From the NCBI GenBank assembly GCA_030141605.1, contig JAQGDQ010000325.1, positions 1-64,000 of the forward strand: 64,000 nucleotides of DNA, read 5' to 3'. Below the pieces are notes generated by a model. It was not told the DNA's origin and ran no database searches. It saw only the letters and a list, made by a program, of their open reading frames with translations. How positions within the stretch are numbered: position 1 is the first letter of the stretch; every line of letters begins with the position of its first letter. The DNA is from Tubiluchus corallicola (taxonomy: Eukaryota; Animalia; Priapulida). This document shows, in pieces, positions 1-9,909 of the stretch. Position numbers and translations under genes: made by a program.

Positions 1-9
1 TTGGTAATG

Positions 10-520
10 CTATTTCGATAATAATCTTTTTAAACTATCGTAATCAAAATGAGTAAAGTCAAATACTGATGGGGCAAAACTTAACAATGGTTCATACAAA
101 AGAGATTGTTGTTTGCTTTCTTCTTTGATGACATTGGAAAAAGGGAATTCGTTCTAATAACAATAGAATAATACTGATTATAAAAGCAATTTTAATAACA
201 CCAAATAGCAGACCTATCAACCTATTGACAATACCCAATGCAACAGCCTTCACTACCTTGTCCAATACCTTTGCCAACAAATGTACTGCAATAACAATAG
301 CTACAAAAGTTACTACAAAGGATATGATAGAAATATATTTGGAGTCGAAATTAAAATTAGCCTGCAATAACCCAGCTGTAATTTCTGAAAAACGTATAGA
401 ACCATAAATGCCAAATAAAAGAGCAATAAGCGAAGCTACTTCTATGATAAAGCCTTTAGTAAAGCCTTTGTAAGCAAACCAAACAATAGGGATGATAAGT
501 ATAATATCTAAATAGTTCAT
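10..520 (-). CDS. cvpA: CvpA family (colicin V production) membrane protein, apparently frameshifted near 140-155
   Basis: ORF 92..520 begins MNYLDIILIIPIVWFAYKGFTKGFIIE and contains NRLIGLLFG, typical of CvpA. A family-like C-terminus (EESKQQSLLYEPLLSFAPSVF) continues in another frame down to a stop at 10-12. Confidence 0.8.
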
Positions 521-551
521 TATATTAGTATATTACTAAATTACCTGACTA

Positions 552-559
552 CAAATGTA
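552..559 (-). promoter_or_regulatory. Bacteroidota -7 promoter element (TACATTTG) for cvpA
   Basis: Matches the TAnnTTTG consensus about 30 bp upstream of the cvpA start. Confidence 0.55.
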
Positions 560-656
560 TAAATTATTCTTGAAACCTTGAAACACTGTTTTACACAGAT
601 AAAACTCTTCTTAAAATAAAAGCAAAATTTTTATTGTGATTCTTAAAAAGAGTTTG

Positions 657-664
657 TACCTTTG
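657..664 (+). promoter_or_regulatory. Bacteroidota -7 promoter element (TACCTTTG) for the tRNA pair
   Basis: TAnnTTTG consensus with TTG about 20 bp upstream, 42 bp before the first tRNA. Confidence 0.6.
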
Positions 665-706
665 TAGCAAATTTTAAGCACCGAAAACGTTTTTTATTAG
701 ATATAT

Positions 707-721
707 CGCGGGGTGGAGCAG

Positions 722-761
<40 letters not shown>

Positions 762-778
762 GAATCCTGCCCCCGCTA
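707..778 (+). tRNA. Initiator tRNA-fMet (CAT), CCA not encoded
   Basis: Cloverleaf CGCGGGGTGGAGCAG...GGGCTCATAACCC...GGTTCGAATCC...CCCCGCTA, with a mismatched first acceptor pair and three G-C pairs at the bottom of the anticodon stem. Confidence 0.95.
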
Positions 779-794
779 CTACTTTCAATAACAC

Positions 795-871
795 GGCGAG
801 GTAGCTCAGCTGGTTAGAGCGCAGGATTCATAATCCTGAGGTCGGGAGTTCAAGTCTCCCTCTCGCTACCA
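795..871 (+). tRNA. tRNA-Met (CAT), probably elongator, CCA encoded
   Basis: GGCGAGGTAGCTCAGCTGGTTAGAGC...CAGGATTCATAATCCTG...GTTCAAGTC...CTCGCTACCA. An Ile2 (lysidine) identity cannot be fully excluded. Confidence 0.9.
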
Positions 872-893
872 GTTCTAATTTTTCCTCACCATT

Positions 894-1148
894 TCAATAA
901 CAATTCTTACAAGCTCTACGTCCCATATTTATTGCCTCTGTCTTAGTGAGTTTTAGCACTTTACTTTTGCAATTATTCAACCCCCTGCAATAATAACGAT
1001 GATAAGCATACGAATTTTTACTATTGCATATAAGCACCTTTTTTTCCTTTTCTTTCTCGCTTTGCTTGTCAATATTTGTCTCTGCTTGTTGAGGTATTAC
1101 AGCAATACAGCAAAACAATAAGAATAGGGTAAATAATAACTTTTTCAT
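894..1148 (-). CDS. Small secreted Cys/His-rich protein (YHxxxCRGLxxC...GRRACxxC, Zn-binding-like)
   Basis: Signal peptide plus a Cys-rich C-terminal motif of a type common in Bacteroidota small proteins. Confidence 0.7.
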   Translation of the reverse strand: MKKLLFTLFLLFCCIAVIPQQAETNIDKQSEKEKEKKVLICNSKNSYAYHRYYCRGLNNCKSKVLKLTKTEAINMGRRACKNCY

Positions 1149-1183
1149 TTTTATAGATTACAAGTTTTGTTTTTTTTATACTC

Positions 1184-1906
1184 TTAACTTTCATACACTT
1201 CTTTCAAAACTTCATAAGTTTTTAGTTCTTGATTAATTTCTTGGTGTGTATAATAGTAGTCAACAATTGTTTGCAACAAACTTTGACGCAATGTTTTGTG
1301 GATACTTACTTTAGCTACTTGCGAAATAGGAGTGCATAACAACTGACTAAAAATTTGGCTTAGCTCTTTCGATATGCAAGTAGCCTCTTCCACAGTTTGA
1401 TACTGTCCTGCCTGCAAATCAAAATAAAGGCAACTTTCAGAATAATTATTTTGAGGGAAAAAACCAAGATACTTGGTTAAATGTATTAAAAACAACAGAT
1501 GAAAATTTTCATAACTCTCAACAAGTTGGTCGTACAGGTAAAGTGCAGTATATAAATACTCGAACAATACAGGATTGGCTTCTTCTTCCTTCAAGGTTTT
1601 ATATAATATCTCAGCAAGAAATATAAGCGTAGTTTGCTTGTGTATATTAATAGGTATAGTTTGATAAGGCTTTTGTATTTTTAACTCCCTCACCTTTTGA
1701 AAGTTTCTTTTAGGGATGTGAGTAGCCTCTATCTCCAACACATTGAGTGGCTGTATTAAATTACGTTTAGTATTACTTTTCTTTCTGTGCCCTCCTTTGA
1801 TGATATAGGTCTGTATCCCATACTTTTCGGTATAGATATGAGTAATAATATCGTGGTCTAAATATTTTAGCACGTTAATTACTATGGCTCTACTGGAGTA
1901 TAACAT
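1184..1906 (-). CDS. recO: DNA repair protein RecO
   Basis: N-terminal OB-fold pattern (KY..IT.IYTEKYG), LTKYLGFFP and FDL..G.Y motifs; 240 aa. Confidence 0.93.
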   Translation of the reverse strand: MLYSSRAIVINVLKYLDHDIITHIYTEKYGIQTYIIKGGHRKKSNTKRNLIQPLNVLEIEATHIPKRNFQKVRELKIQKPYQTIPINIHKQTTLIFLAEILYKTLKEEEANPVLFEYLYTALYLYDQLVESYENFHLLFLIHLTKYLGFFPQNNYSESCLYFDLQAGQYQTVEEATCISKELSQIFSQLLCTPISQVAKVSIHKTLRQSLLQTIVDYYYTHQEINQELKTYEVLKEVYES

Positions 1907-2038
1907 TGTTTACTTATTGTAGTAATGTAATAGATTTAATAGATTTTTTTTCTTTATGTGCTTTATATCTTTTTCTTAATGTTTACAGTAAGTTAAATAA
2001 TCGCAAGAAGGCTAAGAAAAATACCTTATCCTCACTCC

Positions 2039-2353
2039 TCATTTTCTCTCATAAAAGACTTTACCGTTCTCATCTATATGTTCTTTCAAAGCAATATTGT
2101 TTATTTTTTGATAATCTACCAAATCTATTTTATACAATAAATCTAAATCATCCAAATCATCTAAAACAGAAAGATAATCATCATAAGTTAAACAATGGGT
2201 AGTAAGTGCTAAATCAATATCCGACCCTGTATGATAATTTCCCATTACTCTACTGCCAAACAAAACAACCTTGTTTATACGTGTGTGTTTTTGAAACACA
2301 CTTTTAATTAAAAATATTACTTCCTCTGACAGTCCAAATTGTGAATTATTCAT
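2039..2353 (-). CDS. Minimal nucleotidyltransferase (MNT, HI0073-like) antitoxin
   Basis: LFGSRVMGNYHTGSDIDL motif and KIDLVD; overlaps the upstream HEPN gene. Confidence 0.9.
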   Translation of the reverse strand: MNNSQFGLSEEVIFLIKSVFQKHTRINKVVLFGSRVMGNYHTGSDIDLALTTHCLTYDDYLSVLDDLDDLDLLYKIDLVDYQKINNIALKEHIDENGKVFYERK

Positions 2354-2858
2354 TAGTATTCTCTTCCTTTATCAACCTATCATACAGCTCTTGCATTGTA
2401 GGGAAAAAACTTGCAGCAATTTCTTCAATGATTTCGTCAGCCGTTTCTTGATTGTAAGTATGAGAAGTTAAATTCCTTGAATGCACCATATCCCGCCATA
2501 TATCGTGATTTTTTATATAACCAAACTCTAAGGCCTTCTTCAAAACATCTTTAGAGCCCACAAGTTGCTCTTTTAGCACGCCTTTCCAAATGAAGAAGTC
2601 TCGCAAAGTTTGAACAAACAACTCATAACTATATTCAAAACGTTTTACCAGACCCTCCGCTTGAAGTTCTAAGTTAGTCAGCTCCTCACTAATTTCTACC
2701 CTCTCATTTTCAATAAAAGCCTCTTCTTCCTTTTTTTCTAACCTTTCTCTTTCACTTATATAATCTTTGAAATCAAAATGCTGTAACACATCTTCCAACT
2801 TACCAAAAGCCTTCTTTAAATTACCCAGCCGCTGTATCCACCTTATATTTTTATTCAT
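2346..2858 (-). CDS. HEPN / HI0074-family nucleotidyltransferase substrate-binding protein (toxin of a HEPN-MNT pair)
   Basis: RWIQRL start, EGLVKRFEYSYEL and an Rx4H motif (RNLTSH). Confidence 0.88.
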   Translation of the reverse strand: MNKNIRWIQRLGNLKKAFGKLEDVLQHFDFKDYISERERLEKKEEEAFIENERVEISEELTNLELQAEGLVKRFEYSYELFVQTLRDFFIWKGVLKEQLVGSKDVLKKALEFGYIKNHDIWRDMVHSRNLTSHTYNQETADEIIEEIAASFFPTMQELYDRLIKEENTNE

Positions 2859-2974
2859 AGAAACATTATTACCTTATACTTGTATAAAAGGATTTTTAAA
2901 AATCAAATATATTAAAATATTATGTAATAACGCTTTCTATCTTTTAGTATTTACCTCTAAGTAAGACAGTGGTT

Positions 2975-3736
2975 TTATGCTTTAATTTCTACCCTTCTCA
3001 AAAATTCGGACAAAACAATAGCAAAAGCCGTAGACACATTAAGAGATTCACTTACTTTACAAGGGTTGAAACTTGGAATGTGTATCATTTGTGTTATTAG
3101 TTTTCCTAAGTTATCTCTTATCCCCTTGCCTTCATTTCCTAAAATGATAAATCCTTTTCTTTTCAAAGAGGCTTGGTATATGTTTTCGCCTTTCATAAAA
3201 GTGCCGTATATAGGAAATTCTTTATCCTGATATTTTTTTATTAGTTTCTCTAAGTCAGTATAATACACTCGCACAGAAGCAATAGCCCCCATAGTGGCCT
3301 GAACAACCTTAGGGTTAAAAATATCCACCGTATCTGTGGTGCAAAAAACGTTTTTCACCCCATACCAATCCGCTAAACGAACAATAGCTCCTAAGTTGCC
3401 GGGGTCTTGCACTCCATCTATTAATATAGACAAAGAAGACTTCATCTCTTGTTCGTTTTCCTTTATTTGAGGGATTTTGAATATTCCTATTACATCAGGC
3501 GGAGTTTTCAACTGGCTTATCTTTTTCATTTCATTCTCTGTTATCACATACTTTTCACAGCACAGGTCATCCCCTGCTGACCATCTATGATTATGGTAAA
3601 TTCTCTCTACCTCAACCTGAGACTGTAACAATGCCTTTACTATCTTATTTCCCTCTGCAAAAAATAAGTCCTTTTGTTTCCTATATTTTTTTAGTTTTAA
3701 CGAATTGATTAATCTAATTTCTTGTTTGCTTAACAT
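2975..3736 (-). CDS. TrmH/SpoU family RNA methyltransferase
   Basis: DGVQDPGNLGAIVR, LGNEGKGI and ESLNVS SPOUT motifs. Confidence 0.92.
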   Translation of the reverse strand: MLSKQEIRLINSLKLKKYRKQKDLFFAEGNKIVKALLQSQVEVERIYHNHRWSAGDDLCCEKYVITENEMKKISQLKTPPDVIGIFKIPQIKENEQEMKSSLSILIDGVQDPGNLGAIVRLADWYGVKNVFCTTDTVDIFNPKVVQATMGAIASVRVYYTDLEKLIKKYQDKEFPIYGTFMKGENIYQASLKRKGFIILGNEGKGIRDNLGKLITQMIHIPSFNPCKVSESLNVSTAFAIVLSEFLRRVEIKA

Positions 3737-3909
3737 ATTTTGATATATTATAATGTTTTTTGTAGAGAGAGTTTCTGCCTATCTCTGCAAACATTAAGTT
3801 TTAAGCCTGCTATAAAAAAGCATAAGGTTTATTATTTTACTTCCTACGGATAAATAATAGACTAAAACTATAATTCATTTTTAGTCCCTAAATTTCAAGC
3901 TAATTTTAT

Positions 3910-3917
3910 TATATTTG
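3910..3917 (+). promoter_or_regulatory. Bacteroidota -7 promoter element (TATATTTG) for tamL
   Basis: TAnnTTTG consensus about 30 bp upstream of the ORF. Confidence 0.55.
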
Positions 3918-3949
3918 TGCAGTAAAAATAACATAAAAAGACACATTAG

Positions 3950-6310
3950 TTGTTGGCAAATTCATTTCTCACTAACAAAAATATAGTCAAAGTTCTATTT
4001 TTATTATTTATATCAGGAAGTATATTGTCTTGTAGAACAAGTAAATACGTACCTGAAAAAGAATATCTACTAAACAAAGTAAAAATAAAAACAACAGACG
4101 AAGGAGAAGTTTCTAAAAAAGACCTAAAACCTTATATAAAGCAAACTTCTAATGTTAAAATATTAGCTCTTTTCAAATTCAACCTTAGCTTATACAACCT
4201 ATCTGGTAAGGATGGAGAAAAAGGTATCAACAAATTTTTCAGAAAAATAGGAGAACCTCCCGTTGTTTATGATGAAACTCTTGTAGGGAAAACCACAGAG
4301 CAATTTAAAGTATATATGAACAATAGAGGATATTTCGATTCTCAAGTTATTAGCTCCGTAACATACAAACATAAAAAAAGAAAAATAAACGTCAATTACA
4401 CTGTAAAAACCAATAAACCTTATAAAATAAGCAATATTAAGTACGCTATTGAAGATAATAGGCTTGAAGAAATAGTCTTTTCAGACACCTCAAGACTTGT
4501 ACAAATGGGTGATATTTTCAACACTTATGAGCTAGACAATGAAAGAGCTAGGATAACTGACCTAATTAATAACAAAGGTTTCCAAAAATTTCAAAAACAA
4601 TATATAGATTTTCTCGCAGATAGCTCAGCCAAGAGTAAAACTATAGATATTGTTATCAGTATCAATGACATTGTAAAAACAAACGAAGAAGGAGAAGAAA
4701 CAAGCCACAAACATACGAAATATAAGCTCAACAATATTTATTATTTTCCCATTAAAGGAAATCTCTTACGAATTAAAGACAATATGGCTCATAAATTAGA
4801 TACTCTAATTTTTTCAGACCAATACTTTATCTTCGATGAGAAACTACATATAAAACCTCATACCTTAGCAAGCAAAAACTTGCTGTATAAAGGGGAGTGG
4901 TTTGACAATGAAAAAGTAATGAAAACCAAACAGAACTTTTTCTCCCTTGGACAATATAAATTTGTAGGATTCGATTTTAAAGATGTTAGTGCGAAACCAA
5001 ATGATACAACGGGACTTTTAGATGTAGAAATAAAATTAGAACCCCTCAAAAAACAATCTTATACTTTCGAAATAGAAGGCACTAACAGATCGGGCAATTT
5101 TGGAGGAGCTTTAGGACTTATGTATCAGCATTTGAATCTATTTAAAGGAGCAGAATCTTTGAATTTCAACATTAGAGGTAGTTTAGAATCTCAAACCAAA
5201 AGCCAATATGAACAATCTAATATTGTAGAAATTAGCACATCCATAGGTATTACCTTCCCTCGCTTATTATTTTTAAAATTTACCGAAGAAAAGCTAATGA
5301 AAAGGTTTTCTCCCAAAACAATTATTTCTACCTCTTATAGTTATCAAGACCGCCCTGACTATGTAAGAACTATCTCCAACATTTCTATCAAATACCAATG
5401 GCAAAATCAAAAGTATTTAACGCACACATTGTCTCTTTTTAATTTCAACTATATTTATGTACCCTTCTTAGACTCTGTTTTTCTGGCTTCTATCAAGAAT
5501 ACTTATTTAGAAACCAGTTACGAATCTCACTTAACTTCTTCTAGTGGTTATACTGCTATATATAACAATTCTGGTAAAAGAAATAATAGCTCCCAATACC
5601 TAAAATACAATATACAGATAGCAGGGAATTTTTTATCCCTTGCCAATAATACTCTAAAAATTCCTAAGAAAACTGCAACTGATCCCACTGACTCAACAAA
5701 GCAAGAACAGTTTTATACCTTTATCAATCAAAGATTTGCACAATTTGTAAAATCAGATATCGAATTTGTATATAAAAAACGGATAGACGAAAAAAACACC
5801 TTTGTATTTAGAATATTTGGTGGAGCTGCCTACCCTTATGGCAACCTGAAAGCTGTGCCTTTCGAAGAACGCTACTACTCAGGTGGAACAAACGGTATAA
5901 GGGCGTGGAGTGTGCGTTCACTTGGTCCTGGTTCTTCCAAAATAGAAGAGATTCTTAGGTTTCCGAATATCACTGCGGACATAAAACTGGAGGCAAACTT
6001 AGAATATCGTTACAAACTCTTCTCAATAGTAGAGGGAGCTCTCTTTTTGGATGCTGGTAATATATGGGACATCAGGATTAACAACGAAAACCCAGAAGGA
6101 CTATTTAGAGCCAATAAATTTTACAAGGAAATAGCCTTAGGCACAGGAGCAGGTATTAGGTTTGTGTTTCCCTTTTTTCTCTTACGTTTCGACTTTGGCG
6201 TAAAACTAATAGACCCCACAGAAGAAGAAGGCGAAAGATTTATTCCTACCCATAGAGGATTTGAAAAAGACGATTGGACTTTCAACTTTGCTATTGGTTA
6301 CCCATTTTAA
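3950..6310 (+). CDS. tamL: Omp85/BamA-TamA family outer-membrane lipoprotein (TamL type)
   Basis: Lipobox ILSC, POTRA-like region (GEPPVVYD...RGYF), YSGGTNGIRAW, LFLDAGNIW and C-terminal FAIGYPF. Confidence 0.88.
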   Translation: MLANSFLTNKNIVKVLFLLFISGSILSCRTSKYVPEKEYLLNKVKIKTTDEGEVSKKDLKPYIKQTSNVKILALFKFNLSLYNLSGKDGEKGINKFFRKIGEPPVVYDETLVGKTTEQFKVYMNNRGYFDSQVISSVTYKHKKRKINVNYTVKTNKPYKISNIKYAIEDNRLEEIVFSDTSRLVQMGDIFNTYELDNERARITDLINNKGFQKFQKQYIDFLADSSAKSKTIDIVISINDIVKTNEEGEETSHKHTKYKLNNIYYFPIKGNLLRIKDNMAHKLDTLIFSDQYFIFDEKLHIKPHTLASKNLLYKGEWFDNEKVMKTKQNFFSLGQYKFVGFDFKDVSAKPNDTTGLLDVEIKLEPLKKQSYTFEIEGTNRSGNFGGALGLMYQHLNLFKGAESLNFNIRGSLESQTKSQYEQSNIVEISTSIGITFPRLLFLKFTEEKLMKRFSPKTIISTSYSYQDRPDYVRTISNISIKYQWQNQKYLTHTLSLFNFNYIYVPFLDSVFLASIKNTYLETSYESHLTSSSGYTAIYNNSGKRNNSSQYLKYNIQIAGNFLSLANNTLKIPKKTATDPTDSTKQEQFYTFINQRFAQFVKSDIEFVYKKRIDEKNTFVFRIFGGAAYPYGNLKAVPFEERYYSGGTNGIRAWSVRSLGPGSSKIEEILRFPNITADIKLEANLEYRYKLFSIVEGALFLDAGNIWDIRINNENPEGLFRANKFYKEIALGTGAGIRFVFPFFLLRFDFGVKLIDPTEEEGERFIPTHRGFEKDDWTFNFAIGYPF

Positions 6311-6482
6311 AATTTACAGAGATAACACACAGTTCTCAACTTTAACATAAAAGTTTATAGATTTTAGAGAACTATTTTAAGAGTTTAAAAATAGAGGCAC
6401 AACGGCTATAAATGTAAAGGGTGTTTTCTTGTCCCTACCCACTCAAATTGCAGTTAAAAACAACAGTAGTTTTGTAGTTTTT

Positions 6483-7220
6483 CTACTTATTATTCCATAT
6501 TTCCCAAGCCTTTTCAGCTTGATAGACTAACATTTTATAACCATTAGATATGGCAGCATTTTGCTGTTCTCCTTTGGCAAGAAAAATTGTTTTTGCAGGA
6601 TTATACACAAGGTCAAACAAGTAATGTTTATTAGTAAGATATTGGTAAGGTATATTAGGATAAGTTTCTTCTTTGGGATAAGTGCCAAGTGGCGTAGCAT
6701 TGATAATAAGAGTATGAGTATCTATAATTGTTTTATCTATGTCTTCATAGCCCATAATATTACTTGCCTTAGGAGGAATATCTACAAATCGGAAACTAAT
6801 ACCCAGTTTTTTTAGAACATAAGAAATTGCCTTAGAAGCCCCTCCCGTACCAAGTATAAGTGCTTGCTTATGATGGGTTTGTAGTTTTTTTTGTAAGGCT
6901 TTTTGAAATCCATAAGCATCAGAGTTATACCCTTTTAACTTCCCATTGTTTATTTTTTTTATCACATTAACAGCCTTTATATCTTGAGCTGTTTTGTCCA
7001 ATTCGTCCAAAAGAGGTATTACAGCCTCTTTGTGTGGTATGGTTACGGTTACTCCTTGTATATCTTTATCTTGCTCTATTATTTGCAGTAATTTTTCTGC
7101 TTTATCTATTTCAAAATTTTCAAAATTAGCCTTTATGTTTTCATTCTTAAATTTCTCGTTAAAATACTTTTTTGAAAAAGAGTGAGTGAGGGGATATCCA
7201 ATAAGTCCGTATTGTTTCAT
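6483..7220 (-). CDS. aroE: Shikimate dehydrogenase
   Basis: YGLIGYPLTHSFS, VTIPHK, AVN, GYNSD, LGTGGA, INATPLG and DLVYNP motifs. Confidence 0.95.
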   Translation of the reverse strand: MKQYGLIGYPLTHSFSKKYFNEKFKNENIKANFENFEIDKAEKLLQIIEQDKDIQGVTVTIPHKEAVIPLLDELDKTAQDIKAVNVIKKINNGKLKGYNSDAYGFQKALQKKLQTHHKQALILGTGGASKAISYVLKKLGISFRFVDIPPKASNIMGYEDIDKTIIDTHTLIINATPLGTYPKEETYPNIPYQYLTNKHYLFDLVYNPAKTIFLAKGEQQNAAISNGYKMLVYQAEKAWEIWNNK

Positions 7221-7582
7221 CGTGTATTGTCATATTTTAGTGAAAGCAAACTAAATATCATACTCAGCACAACAATACCTATAAAAACCAATACAAGTGT
7301 TTCGCTATGTACGGAATATGTGTAGGCCATTCCTGAAACAAGGATAACCTGTGCAATAAGTGTTTGCCTGACAAATGTTTTATGATCATCAGGTAGTGTT
7401 TGTAAAACAATCATCAACAAACTCAGCAGCAATACACCCACCAGCCTAACATACTGAGAATTTTCAAGAAGAGGCTTGTATTCGGCAAGAAATATCGTTA
7501 ATCCTGTACTAGGGAAAAATGTAAAAAGAATACCTATCACAAGAAGATAAATGAATAAATAATATCTGGCTATGTTTTTCAT
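7217..7582 (-). CDS. Small four-helix membrane protein of unknown function
   Basis: 121 aa ORF with four hydrophobic segments; stop overlaps the aroE start. Confidence 0.7.
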   Translation of the reverse strand: MKNIARYYLFIYLLVIGILFTFFPSTGLTIFLAEYKPLLENSQYVRLVGVLLLSLLMIVLQTLPDDHKTFVRQTLIAQVILVSGMAYTYSVHSETLVLVFIGIVVLSMIFSLLSLKYDNTR

Positions 7583-7656
7583 AGTTGATGAAGGTATTAG
7601 TAGTATGGTTTTATAAAATTAAAATATTAGTCTTCTTTCAGTAAAAAGCAATTATT

Positions 7657-7875
7657 AAATTTATGCAATGTATAGCCAAAAGGGAGTAAATAAATTAAAC
7701 TAACTTTCTTTATTGTTCAAAAATAATAATTTTTCTCTATAATTTAAAATCATACAGTCGCAAAGCAAAGTCTTCTACACATCCTATTTTATTGTAAGTG
7801 ACAAAACCATTAAGTATATCTATCTATATATTGAAGTAATATTTCATCACACAACTCAAAAACATAGAGTTTCTT
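7657..7875 (+). repeat. Left copy of ~215 bp inverted repeat bracketing the PUL
   Basis: Aligns by eye along its length with the reverse complement of 32767-32980. Confidence 0.9.
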
Positions 7876-8405
7876 ACCATCTACAATAAATACAAAATCA
7901 TTGTTTACAAACCAGTTGTAAAACTTCTTTTTGTCTTCTTTGGCAAATTTTTCTAACAAATCTAATAACTCAATACATTTAATAATTGTAGGATGTAACA
8001 TAAAATAGGCGTATAACTGTAACTTATCTGCCTTAAAGGTACTGGTATACCTACGACACAAGATAAGCAGAGTATACGCCATACTCAATACCCCGTGTCG
8101 TCTTTTATTTACCAGTTTTTTTAAGACGGGATAATTAAGATACTATAATATCTAACTAAATATTTTAAGTTTCAAACATAATAACTTTTGTTATTTAATC
8201 TTTATAATCTTTGTCTTCAAAGTCATAAGAAATAGATAAGTTTTTATTAATTTGGAAATTCTTGTAGATTTGTATTATATTCATAAGTTCGTTATTTGTA
8301 GTTAAACATTTATTTGTTTTATTGACCCTACAAATATACGGGCTTGTTTTTTTATAAAGTAAGAAGGATCATAATTATTTTACTACCTTTTGCCTGTACA
8401 TTGCC
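7664..8405. mobile_element. Non-autonomous IS1/IS1595-like cassette (terminal inverted repeats, decayed passenger ORF, no transposase)
   Basis: Left end TGCAATGTATAGCCAAAAGGGAGTAAA versus right end (reverse complement) GGCAATGTACAGGCAAAAGGTAGTAAA; flanks TAAATTTA / TAAATTAT. Confidence 0.55.
7810..8088 (-). pseudogene. Decayed passenger gene; paralogous to the 32755..32937 fragment
   Basis: KKLYVFELCDEILLQYID matches KKLYVFGLGDEILPQYID. A 4 bp ATCT duplication near 7820 frameshifts this copy relative to the other. Confidence 0.6.
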
Positions 8406-8516
8406 TAAATTATATGATGAAAGCTGTAGGCTCAAAAAATGAGTTAAGCATATATGTACTATGTACTACCAACCTTATGCGTATTTTAAAAGCTCAATAA
8501 GAACTTTTTAAGTTCT

Positions 8517-9899
8517 TTACTTTTTCTTAAGATGGGATTTATTTGTATTTTCTTGAATAGGCATTAAAGCATTTACAGATTTTTTCCATTCTTCCATATA
8601 CATTTCAAGTCGTGCTACAATTTTAGGATGCTTCTTTGAAATATCTTTCTTTTCCGATGGGTCATTTTTTAAATTGTATAGTTCCAATTTATTAGTAGCA
8701 TAATATTTTATAAGTTTATAGTCTCCTTGTCTTACAGATGAAGCAGGTCCATACCTGAACGCAGTTAAAAAATGCCAGAACAAGACATTGTTTTCTCTTT
8801 TTATACGTTTGTCTCGTAATAAAGGAGCAAAACTTATTCCATCAAATTCTTGGGGAATTTTAGATGCATCTATATCAAGCATTTCTAAGAAGGTAGGATA
8901 AAAGTCTATGCTGGAAACAGGTTCATCTATTTTGATATTCTGATTTATTAGTCTGGGGTCTCTGATAAATAAAGGAACCCTCACCCCTCCTTCATAAAGT
9001 GTTTTCTTTCCCCCTCTGTAAATACCATTATCAGCAAATGCTTCTACACCTCCGTTGTCGCTAAAAAATACTACAATAGTATTTTCTTCTAAATCTAACT
9101 CTTTAAGAGCAGTAAGAATACGTCCGAAACTTATATCTATACTTTCTTTCATTGCAAGGTAGGTAGCGTTGTCTTTTCCTTCCTTAGGTGCTCCTTTTTG
9201 TAGATATTTTTCTATGGTTTCATTTTTTGACCGCAAAGGTGTATGAACGTCATAATGCCAAAGATTGACAAAAAAAGGTTTGTCCTTATTTTCTTTCATA
9301 AACTTTATTGCCTCATCTGTTAAACGATCTGTTATATGTTCGCCATCAGTACCATCTGCTAGTGAAGGTATTTTATATGGAGAAAAATAAGGCTTGCGAA
9401 TTTTAGGAGAACGTTTAAAACCATAATCTACATCAAAACCTTGCGCCAATGGACCTCTATCATCGTATCCTATATGCCATTTACCTATGTGAGCAGTGAC
9501 ATAACCATTATCTTTTAGTGCTTCCGCTAAGGTATACTCCTCTCCCGACATTCCAAGTGGTTCTTGCGGCATTTTCCAATTTCTAAATTTTGTTTTCTTT
9601 TGTGATGGTTTGTCGGGCATCCAAGTAGTGAGGTGTAACCTTGCAGGATATTTTCCCGATAATATGCTCGCTCGTGTAGGTGTGCAACTAGGAGCAGCTG
9701 TATAAGCAGAAGTAAAAAAAAATGTTTCTTTTGCAAACTTATCTGTATTGGGAGTTTCTACTATTTTAGCACCCGTAACTCCTAAATCACCATATCCTAA
9801 ATCGTCTACAAGAAAAAAAACGAGATTCATCTTATCTTTTGCTTGTAAAAGATTTGTAGATACCATTAGTGCAACGATAAAAATATGTATTTGTTTCAT
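8517..9899 (-). CDS. Sulfatase (S1, formylglycine-dependent, Cys type)
   Basis: Signal peptide, NLVFFLVDDLG, CTPTRASILSG, GKWH and SDNGG motifs. Confidence 0.93.
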   Translation of the reverse strand: MKQIHIFIVALMVSTNLLQAKDKMNLVFFLVDDLGYGDLGVTGAKIVETPNTDKFAKETFFFTSAYTAAPSCTPTRASILSGKYPARLHLTTWMPDKPSQKKTKFRNWKMPQEPLGMSGEEYTLAEALKDNGYVTAHIGKWHIGYDDRGPLAQGFDVDYGFKRSPKIRKPYFSPYKIPSLADGTDGEHITDRLTDEAIKFMKENKDKPFFVNLWHYDVHTPLRSKNETIEKYLQKGAPKEGKDNATYLAMKESIDISFGRILTALKELDLEENTIVVFFSDNGGVEAFADNGIYRGGKKTLYEGGVRVPLFIRDPRLINQNIKIDEPVSSIDFYPTFLEMLDIDASKIPQEFDGISFAPLLRDKRIKRENNVLFWHFLTAFRYGPASSVRQGDYKLIKYYATNKLELYNLKNDPSEKKDISKKHPKIVARLEMYMEEWKKSVNALMPIQENTNKSHLKKK

Positions 9900-9909
9900 T
9901 TATTTATAA

